Assembly (NCBI GenBank): GCA_905178155.1
Contig: CAJINV010000001.1
Coordinates: forward strand, 15,810,142 to 15,874,141
DNA length: 64,000 nucleotides
Source: Amoebophrya sp. A120
Taxonomy: Eukaryota; Protista; Dinoflagellata
Reading direction: 5' to 3'
Positions 53,016 to 64,000 of the stretch are shown one piece after another; positions within the stretch are counted from its first letter, which is position 1; each line of letters starts with the position of its first letter. The notes beneath the pieces were generated by a model, which searched no databases, was not told the DNA's origin, and saw only the letters and a list, made by a program, of their open reading frames with translations. The translations under genes were made by a program, and so were the position numbers.

Positions 53016-53102
53016 GATGACTAGGATCTTATTGACGACGCGGCAGTGACTTACTGTACGGAATCAGAAGTTAGTACGATTTGCCTTTGAGTCCATGTTG
53101 AT

Positions 53103-53169
53103 CACGCGAACATATTCTTTCTTTCCATTCATCACACGCGAACATATTCTTTCTTTCTTTCTTTCTTTC
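53103..53169. repeat. Short local duplication plus TTTC microsatellite
   Basis: CACGCGAACATATTCTTTCTTTC occurs twice (53103-53125 and 53135-53157) and runs on into (TTTC)n. Confidence 0.7.
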
Positions 53170-53478
53170 TGTTCGTGCCAGGGCTTGGCGTCAAAGGTTC
53201 AAGGCCCTAAAAAATCCTCTTGGTCCACATTTCAGATTTTTCTCTTGATCATCGAACATATTCACATCACCGACATTGATTACAGTTGCGAAATATTGCT
53301 TCAAATTCTTTACAACGTGCGCCAACGCGGAACAACGTGCGCATCATCCTCTTCGCTTGTTTTTGTCGAAGCGACAGCTCTCGGAGTGCCAGCGCACAGC
53401 CGGACAAAAACAATAGCTATAGCAGGTTGTCTTTCTTTCCCTACAACATAGTGCTCAACTGCCTCGAAGATAATCCGT

Positions 53479-54081
53479 TCAAGTCATCCGCATTTCTGCC
53501 TTCACTGGTTTCAACCGTTCGACCGTATCAGCGTAGACCTGCCTCCGGTCAATGTTTCTGGGTAGTATCAGTTCGTTGTAAATAACTTCGGGCGTCCTGG
53601 GCTCCGCCCCCGCGTACCAGTGCCGACCGGATTCCAGCAGGTAATTGGTTGTGTCGATGCCGTTGTAGTCCCGCGGCTGCACGGAATTCCAGACCACCTG
53701 CTGGTCACTCGCGTTCACCGGGCCCCCGAAGGGGTGCGAGGCGTCCGCAAGTAACAAGCTGCCCATCGGTCCGCCCTTACCGTTCTGGTTCCAGGGATGG
53801 TTGATGGAAAAAGCGGGGTCTCGCGTCCGGAAAGCCTGGTTCCACATCCCGACCTGGTCGTACTCCGGAATCAACGCCGCCGCCGACTTTCTCGCCTCCT
53901 TTCCGCTACTTATGAGAAAACTCGTTCCTCTCGCTGCATGGTGTTGCGTTCGGCGAGGACACCCGCCGGGGTTTCTACTTCGGGGTGCTGGTCCCGGTAA
54001 GGACGCTGATTTTGCAGAAAAAACGAATTGGTCGTCATTCGGAGACAACCAGCTTGTCAGAAGCTGTGATATGTGGCCCAT
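53479..54081 (-). CDS. Hypothetical protein (200 aa)
   Basis: ATG-initiated, GC3-rich single-exon ORF on the coding strand. No family recognised. Confidence 0.6.
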   Translation of the reverse strand: MGHISQLLTSWLSPNDDQFVFSAKSASLPGPAPRSRNPGGCPRRTQHHAARGTSFLISSGKEARKSAAALIPEYDQVGMWNQAFRTRDPAFSINHPWNQNGKGGPMGSLLLADASHPFGGPVNASDQQVVWNSVQPRDYNGIDTTNYLLESGRHWYAGAEPRTPEVIYNELILPRNIDRRQVYADTVERLKPVKAEMRMT

Positions 54082-54909
54082 GCTTGAAAGTTGAAACTAC
54101 GCTTACTTTCGGCAACCCTTTATCGCGAGGAATCCGCGTCCAAGGAAGTAATAGCTGCAGGAGCAGGTGTGAATAAAGCACCTTTTCTTAATCTTCTAGC
54201 CCTGTTCACACAAAAATCCTGGTTACAGGCCTAGTGTGGTCGTCCGCACGGCGCGTTGCGATTACTACGTAAACCTTTTTCGAATTCGCAGCCAAACGGC
54301 ACTAGTGAATGAAAGCAAGGTACTGCGTAAAAAGCGATGTCGATTGTACGTCAGCGACGACTTAACAATGCAGTTGCGACAACGACAAGTAGCGGAGCGA
54401 AGGAGCAGTCAAACGAAAGGCGAAAACTTCGACTTTCGAAATTCTTCGACGACGGCACAAAAAAATCGAAGAAGAGCGAAACATACAAGAACGATGATGA
54501 ATGCATAGAAATAACTACGACCTGCCACATTTATAGCTGCGGAACACCCAACGCCTCTCCCTCTACGTGCCGCCCGTGTCGCGGTCAGTGCGTACTGTTG
54601 AAACTCTCATCTGCGCTTCGTTTCCTTCCGCGAACTCAGTCACTTGTTCATTTGAGGCGTCGCTGTTTAGATAGAGGGAAAAACATTCATTCAGAGCGGT
54701 TTTTTGTGATATAGAGATTACAGATTCATTTTGGTGGAAATGAAGGAAAATAACAAACCCCAGAAGAACTGTAGGCACAACAGCCAGGAAGAACTAAAAC
54801 ATCCGCTGCGGCATTCATCGCTTTCGAGAACGACAAGTGCTTTAATTCAAGTATGGAGAATCGGAGGGTCATCGTCGCCTTCCAAAAGCGCGAAGACCCC
54901 TCTGCGCAG

Positions 54910-56074
54910 TCACTCCTCTGGGCCGTACCATACTGCGTAGAGCGCAAACCCCAGAAACACGAACCCACTGCCCAGCGTGACTTGTCGCTCCGAGATGTGC
55001 TTTGCGAGCATTTTTCCCCCCGCTATTGCAACGGAGGTGCAGACCGCGTGGCCGAGTATCTGATGAAAATTAGATTCTTCCAATTAGCAGCACACCCAGA
55101 CAACAATAGACGTAGTTCTTTTGGGTGAAAGACATCGAGCAGGTGCAAAATCTGTTTCAACAAAAACAAGTAGACTTCCAGGACAACAAATTCAGTACCG
55201 CTCCAACGACGATGCCCCCGAAGTCGCGAGCCGCGCCCATGGCGACGGTTGATACTTGCGATTTGTCACCCCACTCCGCTAGAAAAGTCATCGCGAATAT
55301 TGCACCCACTACTTGCAAGACGCTTTTTTTCTGTGTTGAGATTTGCAGATCAATTCAACAACAACACTAGTAAAGCATCGCAAACCCGACAAGTAGAAGG
55401 AAAGAGCGTCGGTCCTTGAAACGATCTTTGCTCGCAGAACACAAACCAAGATACGCCAAACCAACTAGTATTTCTTACCTGCTTGAGTGTCTTGTCCTCC
55501 TTAAGTTCCTTTTCGGTCTCTGCCAATTCCTCCGAAACTCCCACACCCTCGCCCTTCGCATACATGTCCAAGGCATCCTTTATGGCGCTCCCGCCAAAAA
55601 AAACGAAGAGTAGTATCGCGCCCCAGTGTGATAGTGTTGGAGAAAGTAGGGTAGGTACCAGAAGCCCGATGGCAGCTGTCGTGGAGTGTAATGGCGTTCT
55701 TTTGATCTTCCGGATGAATGTACGTAGCATTCGGATGAATGGCCGTGACTTTCGTCGAAATAGAGCAAAAAACTTTAGCACCAGGCAGCACGTAGCATCT
55801 AGAAATTTCAGATAGTACATACGGAAACGAAACGACTCGAAATCGTACAAATTACACAACCTGTACCTGATAGTATCGTCATAGTAGCAAGCGCTCCCCA
55901 GCAGCCTGCGAACACGTGTATGGCCTTCTTTGATATTGACAGAATTGCGGCGATAAAAAACGTGCGATCGCCGATTTCCGTTGCCCCAACCATTACTAAT
56001 GAATGCAGAAACGCGCTCCAGAAGTGCCCTTCATGGGGCTCCGCAAACACGTGTGGTTCCACTGTACCGCCCAT
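54910..56074 (-). CDS. GDT1: GDT1/TMEM165 (UPF0016) Ca2+/Mn2+:H+ antiporter, 4 exons
   Basis: Both family motifs are present: ATEIGDRTFFIAAILS and FLAEWGDKSQVSTVAM, followed by ILGHAVCTSVAIAGGKMLAKHISERQV. Three GT-AG introns. Confidence 0.92.
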
Positions 56075-56979
56075 TGTTTCTGAATGCTATGTGAGAAAGA
56101 ACTTATTTCACTTGTATGTTGCGTATGGTGCCGCGCACTTGTTATTTAAAAAAATTCACTTTTTTCCGAATTTTTATTTTTTCAGCAGGCCTTACATAAT
56201 CCGAGGGGTAATCGAGTTTAAACTTTTTGCAAATTCAGAGCTGCTACAACCTACTATATTTGGGCTGATGCTGACGCGCGTGTCCCAGACTGCGGAGCGA
56301 AATTCAATTTTTTTTCGAAACTATGAAACAGAAACACTCGCCAATGAAAATTTGTTCGTGAGAGCTACTAATGTGTCGCCTAGTAGTTCTTTGTACTTTA
56401 GAGCTACTACCATATACAAGCCAGGGTCACAACTTTTGACGCCAACTTTCTGTGAGTCTTTCTGTTTGCCCATATTGTGCCGCTGAATTTTTATTTTTCG
56501 AAAAATACCTGTTCGCGAAGAATCAAGAGGGACAGACACACAATCGAGGAACGCAACGCAACGGCAAAAATCAAAAATGAAAAGCGCTTTGACATGTTTG
56601 ATCCATGCACGTTCGACCGTCAAGTTTCATGTTTATCTCGTGGTCAATCAAGAAATTCATCAAATTTGATTTGAACACGATCCACGACCTCGCCTGAAAT
56701 CTACAAGACCAATCACTCACTAAGAAGCTGGTTGCAGTGAGTGGCGGGACAAGGACTCGCAATAAATTGCGTTCGAAACACTTGAGACGTCATCTGTTTC
56801 GAGTCACTTTATGATTCATACATTTTCAGTTCGGTGGAACCATAAAGTTTAGCATCCATTTGTTCTTTCCGGTGGTTGCAGGATGAAGTTCATTTTCACG
56901 GCGAAACAATAAAGAACTTCCATTCTTTTCAAAATCAAATTCCAGCACCAGGTACTAGACAAGATGATCCACCAGAAAA

Positions 56980-58729
56980 CTAGAGACCCGCTTCCCTGAG
57001 GGACCTTGGGTTCATATGTTCGACTTCGTCCTCGTCGGTGCTGTCGTCGCCGTGCTGCAAGTGCTCTTCTGGCCCCAGCGTCCCGTGGTCCCGGCTGCGT
57101 TTTTCGTCGTCAATGTTTTCCAACACCTTGCGGCGATAGTAGGCCAGAAAGATGAGGAAGGCCATGATGCAGAGAATGGCCAAAACCAAGCACGTCCAAT
57201 TATCCACAGAAAAAAACCCATCCACATCCATTTTTTGCATGACAAACACGTGATAATCACGTGTTTGTCATGCAAAAAATGGATGTGGATGGGTTTTTTT
57301 CTGTGGATACCAATCCACGATCTCCTCCATTAGGCTCACTTTGTGCAGTTTCAGCCGCGTCTCCCCGGGTCGCAGCCCCAGTCGCTTCTCGAGTTCCGAC
57401 CCCGGCCGCTTTCTCCAGTCCACGGTCCACGTTATGAGAGTGCACAACTACGCCTTCCTGCTTTGAAGGACATGGACAGCAAGACAAGCAAGGGCAGAAA
57501 TTTTTGAAATGTGGTTTTCTCTATCATGGAATGAGAAATCTACGTGTGAATTTTTGAGGTGTTTTCAATTTGTCACGCTGACCGTCTTTCAAGCCAATGT
57601 GTAGCTGTGGACCTCGACCCGGGCTGTCGGTGATGGTGTTCGTGTTGGAAATGACATTCGCATTTTGCATTACATTCAAAACTGGTCGCGAGTGGTGCAT
57701 TCTCATACACTCTTCTTCCGTGCCATTTGTACGGTTCCTGCGAGGTGGACCAAGAGGTGTCTGCCGGGGAGGCACGCCGGGGGCAGAGTCATCGTTTTCC
57801 CCGGCACTGTCCCACGGTTTTACGATCTCCTCGTCACCCTTTCCTTTTCCTTTTCCGATGATGGGATGATCGGGACCTCCATAACCGTCACAGCACGACG
57901 ACGAGGACGACACACTACCGGTGGGCGCAGATGAATTCTCGGAATCTCCTGGTTCTGCTTTTGGATTTGACTCCCGTGGTTTTTCGTGATACAACGGACG
58001 GAAATAACCTCTTTCTGCTGCTCCTCCTTCCTTATTACCTGCTTCCAGCGGATGATTTTGTTCACTAGACGAGGTACTCATCATGATGTTTTCGACGGCG
58101 TTGGAAATGGCGGCTCCTTGGTCGGCTTGTTTTTCGGTCGTTGAGTTATCCGTAGAAGTACTTCTAGAGCCTGTTGCTCGCCCGCTTGTACTACTGGCAC
58201 CACTCTGTGGTGCCTCCTCCAGCACAGCTTTTGCCTGTTGTAGCTGCTTCGGCCTTCTCGGCTCTTCCTCCTGTGCAGTCTGGTGCAGTGCATCTCCTGC
58301 GCCTTCTGGCTCATGCGCATGCTCCATCTCCTCGAGGAAAACACGACCTGTTCGCTGCTTGCGTTGGGTAGATCTCTCTATCGGGCCTCTTGCGGACGCG
58401 CCTCCAGAAATTTTGTCCACGTCGGCTGTAGAATCCACGACGAACGCGACCGGGGATTCTTCAGTTGCCGCAACATCTTTGGAGGGAAGATGAGCGCTGG
58501 TTCCAACGGTTTCGAAAGCTGGTAACTGCCGTATCGCTGCTACATTTAACGCTTCAGTGTTGTCTCCCGGCTGATCTTCATGTGCGTCTGTACTCGTAGT
58601 GCCTCCGGGTTCCACTTTGGAGATCATTCGTGGTATGTTTACCTCTTGGGAATTCCCCGCTGCTGCTACCACAAGCGCGTACAGGATGGGCCTTGCAACG
58701 AGAAGCGACTGTTGAGGCGGTGCCATCAT
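56980..58729 (-). CDS. Putative type I membrane protein with a low-complexity ectodomain, interrupted by a palindromic introner
   Basis: N-terminal hydrophobic ILYALVVAAAG and a long disordered region, probable GT-AG intron at ~57448-57674, then ...SLMEEIVDW|TCLVLAILCIMAFLIFLAYYRRK after removing 57201-57309 plus one CCAAT. Confidence 0.65.
57201..57309. mobile_element. Introner-like element, family C: perfect 109-bp palindrome with 5-bp direct repeat CCAAT
   Basis: The 54-bp arm at 57201-57254 is the exact reverse complement of 57256-57309, separated by a 1-nt spacer. Ends are TAT...ATA. CCAAT lies at 57196-57200 and 57310-57314. Confidence 0.93.
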
Positions 58730-59344
58730 GATGGAGACGCGCCCGTGCCTTCTTCTGCTGCTGGTACGAGCGCACTTGTTTTTCTTTCGCAAGTCTGCCT
58801 ACAATATCGGCGCTTTGCCTAAATGACGCAAAATTACACTCATGTACTTATCCTATCGCCCCTCCGTGTCTTGTTCCGTCTCGTCTCAATGTCTTATCGA
58901 TTTTTCTTCCTCTTCGCAAAGTTGTTTCATTGATCTGCACGACGACTGACAAGAGAAGTACGAGGCACAAAACGACGAGCGTCAGCAATGCCAAAATGGC
59001 CACGACGAAGGAGCGAATATTTCTGTGCGATCTCTCAACTGCTGCGCTCGCGGTCACGACTCTTGTTCTCTGCGTGTCCATGCGACATTTCGAAATCACG
59101 CATAAACGAAACAACAGCTTGAATTCATTTACAGTTCCACGATGCAGGTGCACCACGACATAGTACTAGAACACAGTTACTAGCTACACCACACGAGCTG
59201 GTCGTCACATCGATCAGCTGCTCGTGTTGATGAATGAATACGGTAGCGCGAGAGAGCGTGTCTTCGTCGATACAGTCATGGGCTAAGCGTCAAAAAGAGC
59301 AAGCACAAACGAACCTATGCTGTAAAAGCACAAGTAGATCACAT

Positions 59345-60412
59345 TCACAAATCCTCGCGATACAAGAGGCGATCAGCGCGTTCCTCCCTTTTCCGCTGCC
59401 GTGCCTGTGTGTACTCCAGTGCCCGTTCCGCTTTCTTCGCTTTGTTATTTCCGACCACAACGATATCCTCCTGCTTCTGCAATCGATGCATGCTAGTAAA
59501 CAACTTCACGACACCCCGCGTCGCCAGACTCCTCAGGCTTCGCTCGAAAGTCTGTTGTGTGGTTTGAAGTTGATCTTGATGCAGGTTGTTATTTTCAAGA
59601 CGAATTATCAACGCGCTGCACGTTCGCATCGCCTCACGAAGGAACCATTTACATTTAGTTTGACATGCATAACATAGTAGTACTTAGCTACATTCATCTT
59701 CTCGTATACATATTCGAAGAATCACAAATTCTTGTACCTGATCCTTGACAACGTCTGGCTTGGTGTGTATGCCCCTCGCCTCCAGACTTTCGTTCGCTTT
59801 CAGCTGTCTCGCCAGTCGCTTTTCTTGATTCTTTTTTACCGCTTCTGCCTCGACTTTCTTCTCGATCTCGGCGAGGGGTCGGGCGGACTTCTTTGTTTTC
59901 TTCTTCGTCTTGGCCTCGTCAATCAAACGATTTGCCTCAGCCTCCGCATTCTTGTTGGCTCCCGCGGTTTCGTCAGCATCGGTTTCGCCCAGCACAAGCG
60001 GTTTCTTTTTCTCGGCACTTTCGTCTTTTGCAAAGATGCGCTGAAACGCTGTCGCAAGACCTTTCAAGCCGCCACCCGCCGGCTGTGCGGCGTTCTGCTT
60101 CTTTCGTGAAGAACCGGCGGGGCTCTCATCGTCGTCAGAAGACTCTGAATCGTCATCGCCGAGCGACTCTACTTCACTGTCGGTAATACTAATATCTTCC
60201 CGCTCCTGGTCGGCCATAGCGACGTCGTCACCCGCCCGTTCCTCCTCGTCATCTTCCGTTGCATTTATTTTGCCGCTTGGTGTTCGTGACTCTTCCTTGA
60301 CTGTTGTATAATCAGCGTTTTCACTACTTTTCTCTCCAGGAGCTGCTGCTGCCATATCAGCCACGGACTTCGTCGCGGTCGTCTTTCGCTTCTTTGTCGC
60401 TGGCGGTCCCAT
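59345..60412 (-). CDS. RRP15: RRP15-like pre-60S ribosome biogenesis protein, 2 exons
   Basis: Acidic N-terminus, GLATAFQRIF, KPLVL and the hallmark KPD...ERSLRSLATRGVVKLF. One GT-AG intron. Confidence 0.85.
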
Positions 60413-61566
60413 GGTTGTGTGCCTCCTAGTAGGTTGTCAGGGTCAATAAAATCTGTTCAACTCTAACGAGACTGCCGATGAAAGAATTCCACGCAACAAA
60501 CCAGAAACTAGATTTATTCCAACGCAATAGCAATTAGGGTCGCTTAAGTAGTAGAAAATCGCTCCTCAATTTCCACTGAGCTGTTCTTGATGTCCTTGAT
60601 GTGACGAGGGACACTAAACGATTCGGCGGCCATAGGCATAGCACTCAGAGAAGATCACAGCATGATTTTTCCTTTGTGATCCTGCATCTTCCGATCCTCG
60701 AGAGCATTGACTCAACCATCGACACGGATCGATTATTTCATAATTATCTTTGCAAGATCAGGAAATGCAAGTATTGATCATGTCGCAGACAACTCCAAGA
60801 ATTTTGGATCTACTTTAATTTCTGTAGCTAGGGTGATCCGAAAGGACCTTCATCTTTTTCGTCTATTTTTGGTTGGCAAATTCAGCAACAAAACCCGCCA
60901 GCGCTTTGTCTATGTTTGACGATACTAACATCTGTTGTTGAACAAGGCACACTATTTTTGAAGGGTTGAAAAGTCGCAGTGACGGTGAGGAGGTCTAGTC
61001 CCTGAAGTTCAGATTTTTCTTTTTCCATGCGAGGCAAGAATAAAAACGTGATACGACTTTTTCTTTGTCTCGGTCTTCATTTGTGAAACAAACAAAAACA
61101 ATGCAAAAACTTCTTTGATATCTTTGATGATAAGTAAGTGCGTCTTCGTAAATTTTGGGCCAAATGCTAAATAGGCCCGCAGAAATGCGGAGTTGTTCGT
61201 TGTAAAGCAAAAAAAAAGATAAAACGTAAGAATACACCTCCGCTTTCTTACGCGGTCGTGCTCGCTTCGATCCAAGATAGATATGGGGTAATGCTAGGTG
61301 ATGATAGCACGTCGGGGAAATAGGAAGAAAGTCGATACTGATATTGTACTTAATTACTCCGTCAGTGGATGCATACTCATACATAGAATAGATGCAACAA
61401 CAATGAGATTTTCGGGTTTTTTGAATACCAATACACTTTCCTCGGTTGGTTTTTTCGGAACGTCTTCTCTTGCCGTCACGACAAAATGCTCATCTAAGAT
61501 AGAAGTTGCTCGTTCACGACTTTTCTCCTGTTCGCTGTGTAGTAGTTCCGGGGGTTTTTCTCCTCT

Positions 61567-62560
61567 TCACTTGTGTTCCTGATCCGGGTTGATTTGGCGG
61601 GGCGCTTTCGGCTGGCGTTTCCGGCGGTTCCGCTTGGGTTGCGCGTAGGGCCCCGCCGCGAAGTCCTTCTTTTGCAGGGCAGCGGCCTTGTCGGTCGTGG
61701 CAGCATCGGTGTCACGGAACGTCGGCCTCGTTGAAACGTAGCGCTCCTCCCCCGATTTTTTCTCCTCCACCTTCTCGAGCAGCGCGACCGGCTCAGGGTT
61801 GTTGGTCTGTTCCGCGCCTTCGGCCGCCTTGGCGTTGTGCTGCTGGTCTTGTTCGATAAACGGGTGCTCGATCACACCTGCTCCCTCCTCGGCTTTGTGA
61901 TGACAGTGCGGCCCCGTGCAGGCTCCTTTGCGGAACTCCTCCACCTCCTTGCGCAAGGGGAGGCCATCCTCATCCACGTCCCAGTGCTTCTTCTCCTGCT
62001 GCAGCTCCTTCTCGATGGCGGCATCCGAGGCGGATCCTTGGGATGAATGTGTGGACCAGATGGGAATCACGCGTCGCAAGTCGATCTGGTCCCACAAGTC
62101 CCCGCGCACGCCCAGGGGGTCCACGCGGAACAGCACACAACTGACGAACACCAGCAAAAAGAACACGATGCAGAAGTGCAGGAAGTGGGCGCAGAAGTCG
62201 CAACATCCGACCCCTTTTTGCGCTAACATCCGCGCCTCCGCCCTCCACCACTTCACGATGCGGCTCTTCGTGGAGTTGTGGAGATGAAGATGACCGTGGG
62301 TAGAAGTTGTGCTGTGTTCTACCTCGGTTTGGCTCCGTTCGTCACTGGAGTGTTTGAAGGCACTCGGCCGGTCAAACATTTCCGATTCGTCGTCCGCTTG
62401 ATTGCCGGCCCCTGGCTTGGCCACCCGGCTGGGCACGTTCAGGTCCGATTCCGTGCCGCTCGAACTGGCCCCGCTGGTATCATGATGCTCCCCGTTTAGC
62501 GCGGCATCCCACTCCTCCAGGGTAATGCCGGAATTCATTATCGTGCGAAACTTCCGCATG
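61567..62560 (-). CDS. Hypothetical single-pass membrane protein
   Basis: GC3-rich ORF with a Cys-rich juxtamembrane segment GCCDFC and TM FLHFCIVFFLLVFVSCVLF. Start is uncertain (62560 or 62538). Confidence 0.65.
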
Positions 62561-63866
62561 ATGTTGATGTTTGAATTTGATATTCGAGACGAATTTGCGC
62601 TAGTTATTGGATGAAGCGCTTCTAGGAGGAAAAACTTGCGAAAAGAAACTGGTTGAATGCGACTCAGAAGATCAGTCTTCTTGTAGATGAAAAACGAAGC
62701 TGGCGGGGATGCGTACAACGTAAAAACCACGAGCAGACGAAGCTAATTCAGGGGGGGGCGAAAAACGGCTTAAATAATTCTTGGCTCTACTTCTCCTATT
62801 AGACCTGGCTGTGGAAAGGCAAAGTCAATGACAGAGCTTGTTCGGAGAACGAGGACGAGCTTTTTGACTTTGAGATGTTACCTTCTGAGCGCCTATCTGC
62901 CCAGAAAGGTAGACTCGAAACTGAAGCCACGCACTCGCAACTCCAACCTCGGTCGTAAAATAGTGTGTTTGCATTTCGCGTCGGATATAACCATTTTTCA
63001 GCAGACAACAGAACTGAGAGACTTGGGGACCCTTGGTAAAACTATAAGAGGTTGGAGATCGTTGTGTATTTCGAAAAAACTAGAAAACTTTTTTTACTAT
63101 AAAACTTGGGAATCGCTGTACTGGATTAAAACTTGGAGCTTAGTTTATTGGTAAAGTTCCAGATTTTTGCAGATATTTTCCTTAAAATCTTAACCTTCAT
63201 TCGCACGGAATGTCCACCATAGCATGGGGACAAGGCGCGCTGTTTGGACTAACAAAGATACAGAAAAATGAGCCACAGCATCGGCGTTTGGTGTGCTGTT
63301 TTTGAGTAAAAGTTCTGTCGTCGAAAAATAGAGTCGCAAACCCGCCGACCTGAGTACGCGTCTTTTACATCGCCGCCCATACAAAAACGTCGGAATTTCC
63401 GATTTAGCTCGGCGGAACTAGGACAGCAAATAGAACTCCCTCAAAAGCTTGAAGCACGTAAATACTGCAAAGAGAGCATGGTCGGTCGCTGGAGCTGGCT
63501 TGCTCTACTATATTTGTCGGTAGCAACTACGATTTTCACGATAAGCAGCACGAAAGAACGCACGACTTCGGGCACGAAATGCACTGCAACAGTCTCGTGA
63601 CTGAGACCGACGTCGAATGACAAAAATAGCCGTTACGACTCCAAAATAAGCACCGAAACAACCAGACGAGCTATCTTGCTCGTCTTAGGTAACTTTTGAC
63701 CGATGCCATTTTTCTGTTGGTTTCTCAGTACGTCGCATACAACAAGCCGAGTCTGTGAAACCAAGCTGGTCAAGTTAGTAGTAAGCATAGTAGGGACCGT
63801 AACCGAGGGAGTCGAGATTCAGATTGTGGACGAAACGCAGCAAAAACTAAGGTCGTAGAGGCATTC

Positions 63867-63958
63867 ACTCAAAAGTAAAACAGTCCTCCTCCTCATTCAA
63901 GGCAAAAATGGGCCGCCTCCCGAGGCCGTTGAAGCGCTGTACTTGATTCTCAAAGTTT
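63867..63958 (-). CDS. Possible terminal exon of a gene that starts beyond the window
   Basis: After an ATCAG acceptor the minus strand reads NFENQVQRFNGLGRRPIFALNEEEDCFTFE*. Confidence 0.3.
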
Positions 63959-64000
63959 CTGATAACATTGGTTCGTTCTTTTGGGTTTCTTTCTTTTGTT

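Noticed and set aside
54563-54778. Hydrophobic ORF as an extra GDT1 exon
   Set aside because: GDT1 already ends naturally at ...GFALYAVWYGPEE* (stop at 54910-54912).
57201-57309. Palindrome as an assembly fold-back artefact or terminator
   Set aside because: It has an exact 5-bp flanking duplication, the same TAT...ATA ends and GCATGACA motif as four other elements, and frame-restoring removal. Read-level confirmation is still advisable.

Overview
Eukaryotic, intron-containing, gene-dense DNA in which all ~15 supportable genes lie on the minus strand. This unidirectional block, the short GT-AG introns and the repeat-bounded non-canonical introns point to a syndinian dinoflagellate such as Amoebophrya; that assignment is inferred, not confirmed by search. 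Recognisable genes are a four-domain EEEE voltage-gated Ca2+ channel, a ~3,250-aa BTB(-BACK) protein, an F-box/LRR-like protein, RPN11, a UBC4/UBE2D-type E2, a SHIPPO/PGP-repeat protein, GDT1/TMEM165 and RRP15, plus several unknown membrane proteins. The most striking signal is five fold-back elements (109-322 bp, three sequence families) inserted in coding exons. All begin TAT, end ATA, carry terminal inverted repeats, are flanked by 5-bp direct repeats and share a GCA[T/A][G/C/T]ACA motif. Removing each element plus one direct repeat exactly restores the reading frame, yet none offers a GT-AG boundary, so they look like transposon-derived introners with non-canonical splicing. Three GC-rich intergenic islands (30-bp direct-repeat-bounded, diverged tandem duplication, TIR-bounded across an assembly gap) look like further mobile DNA.
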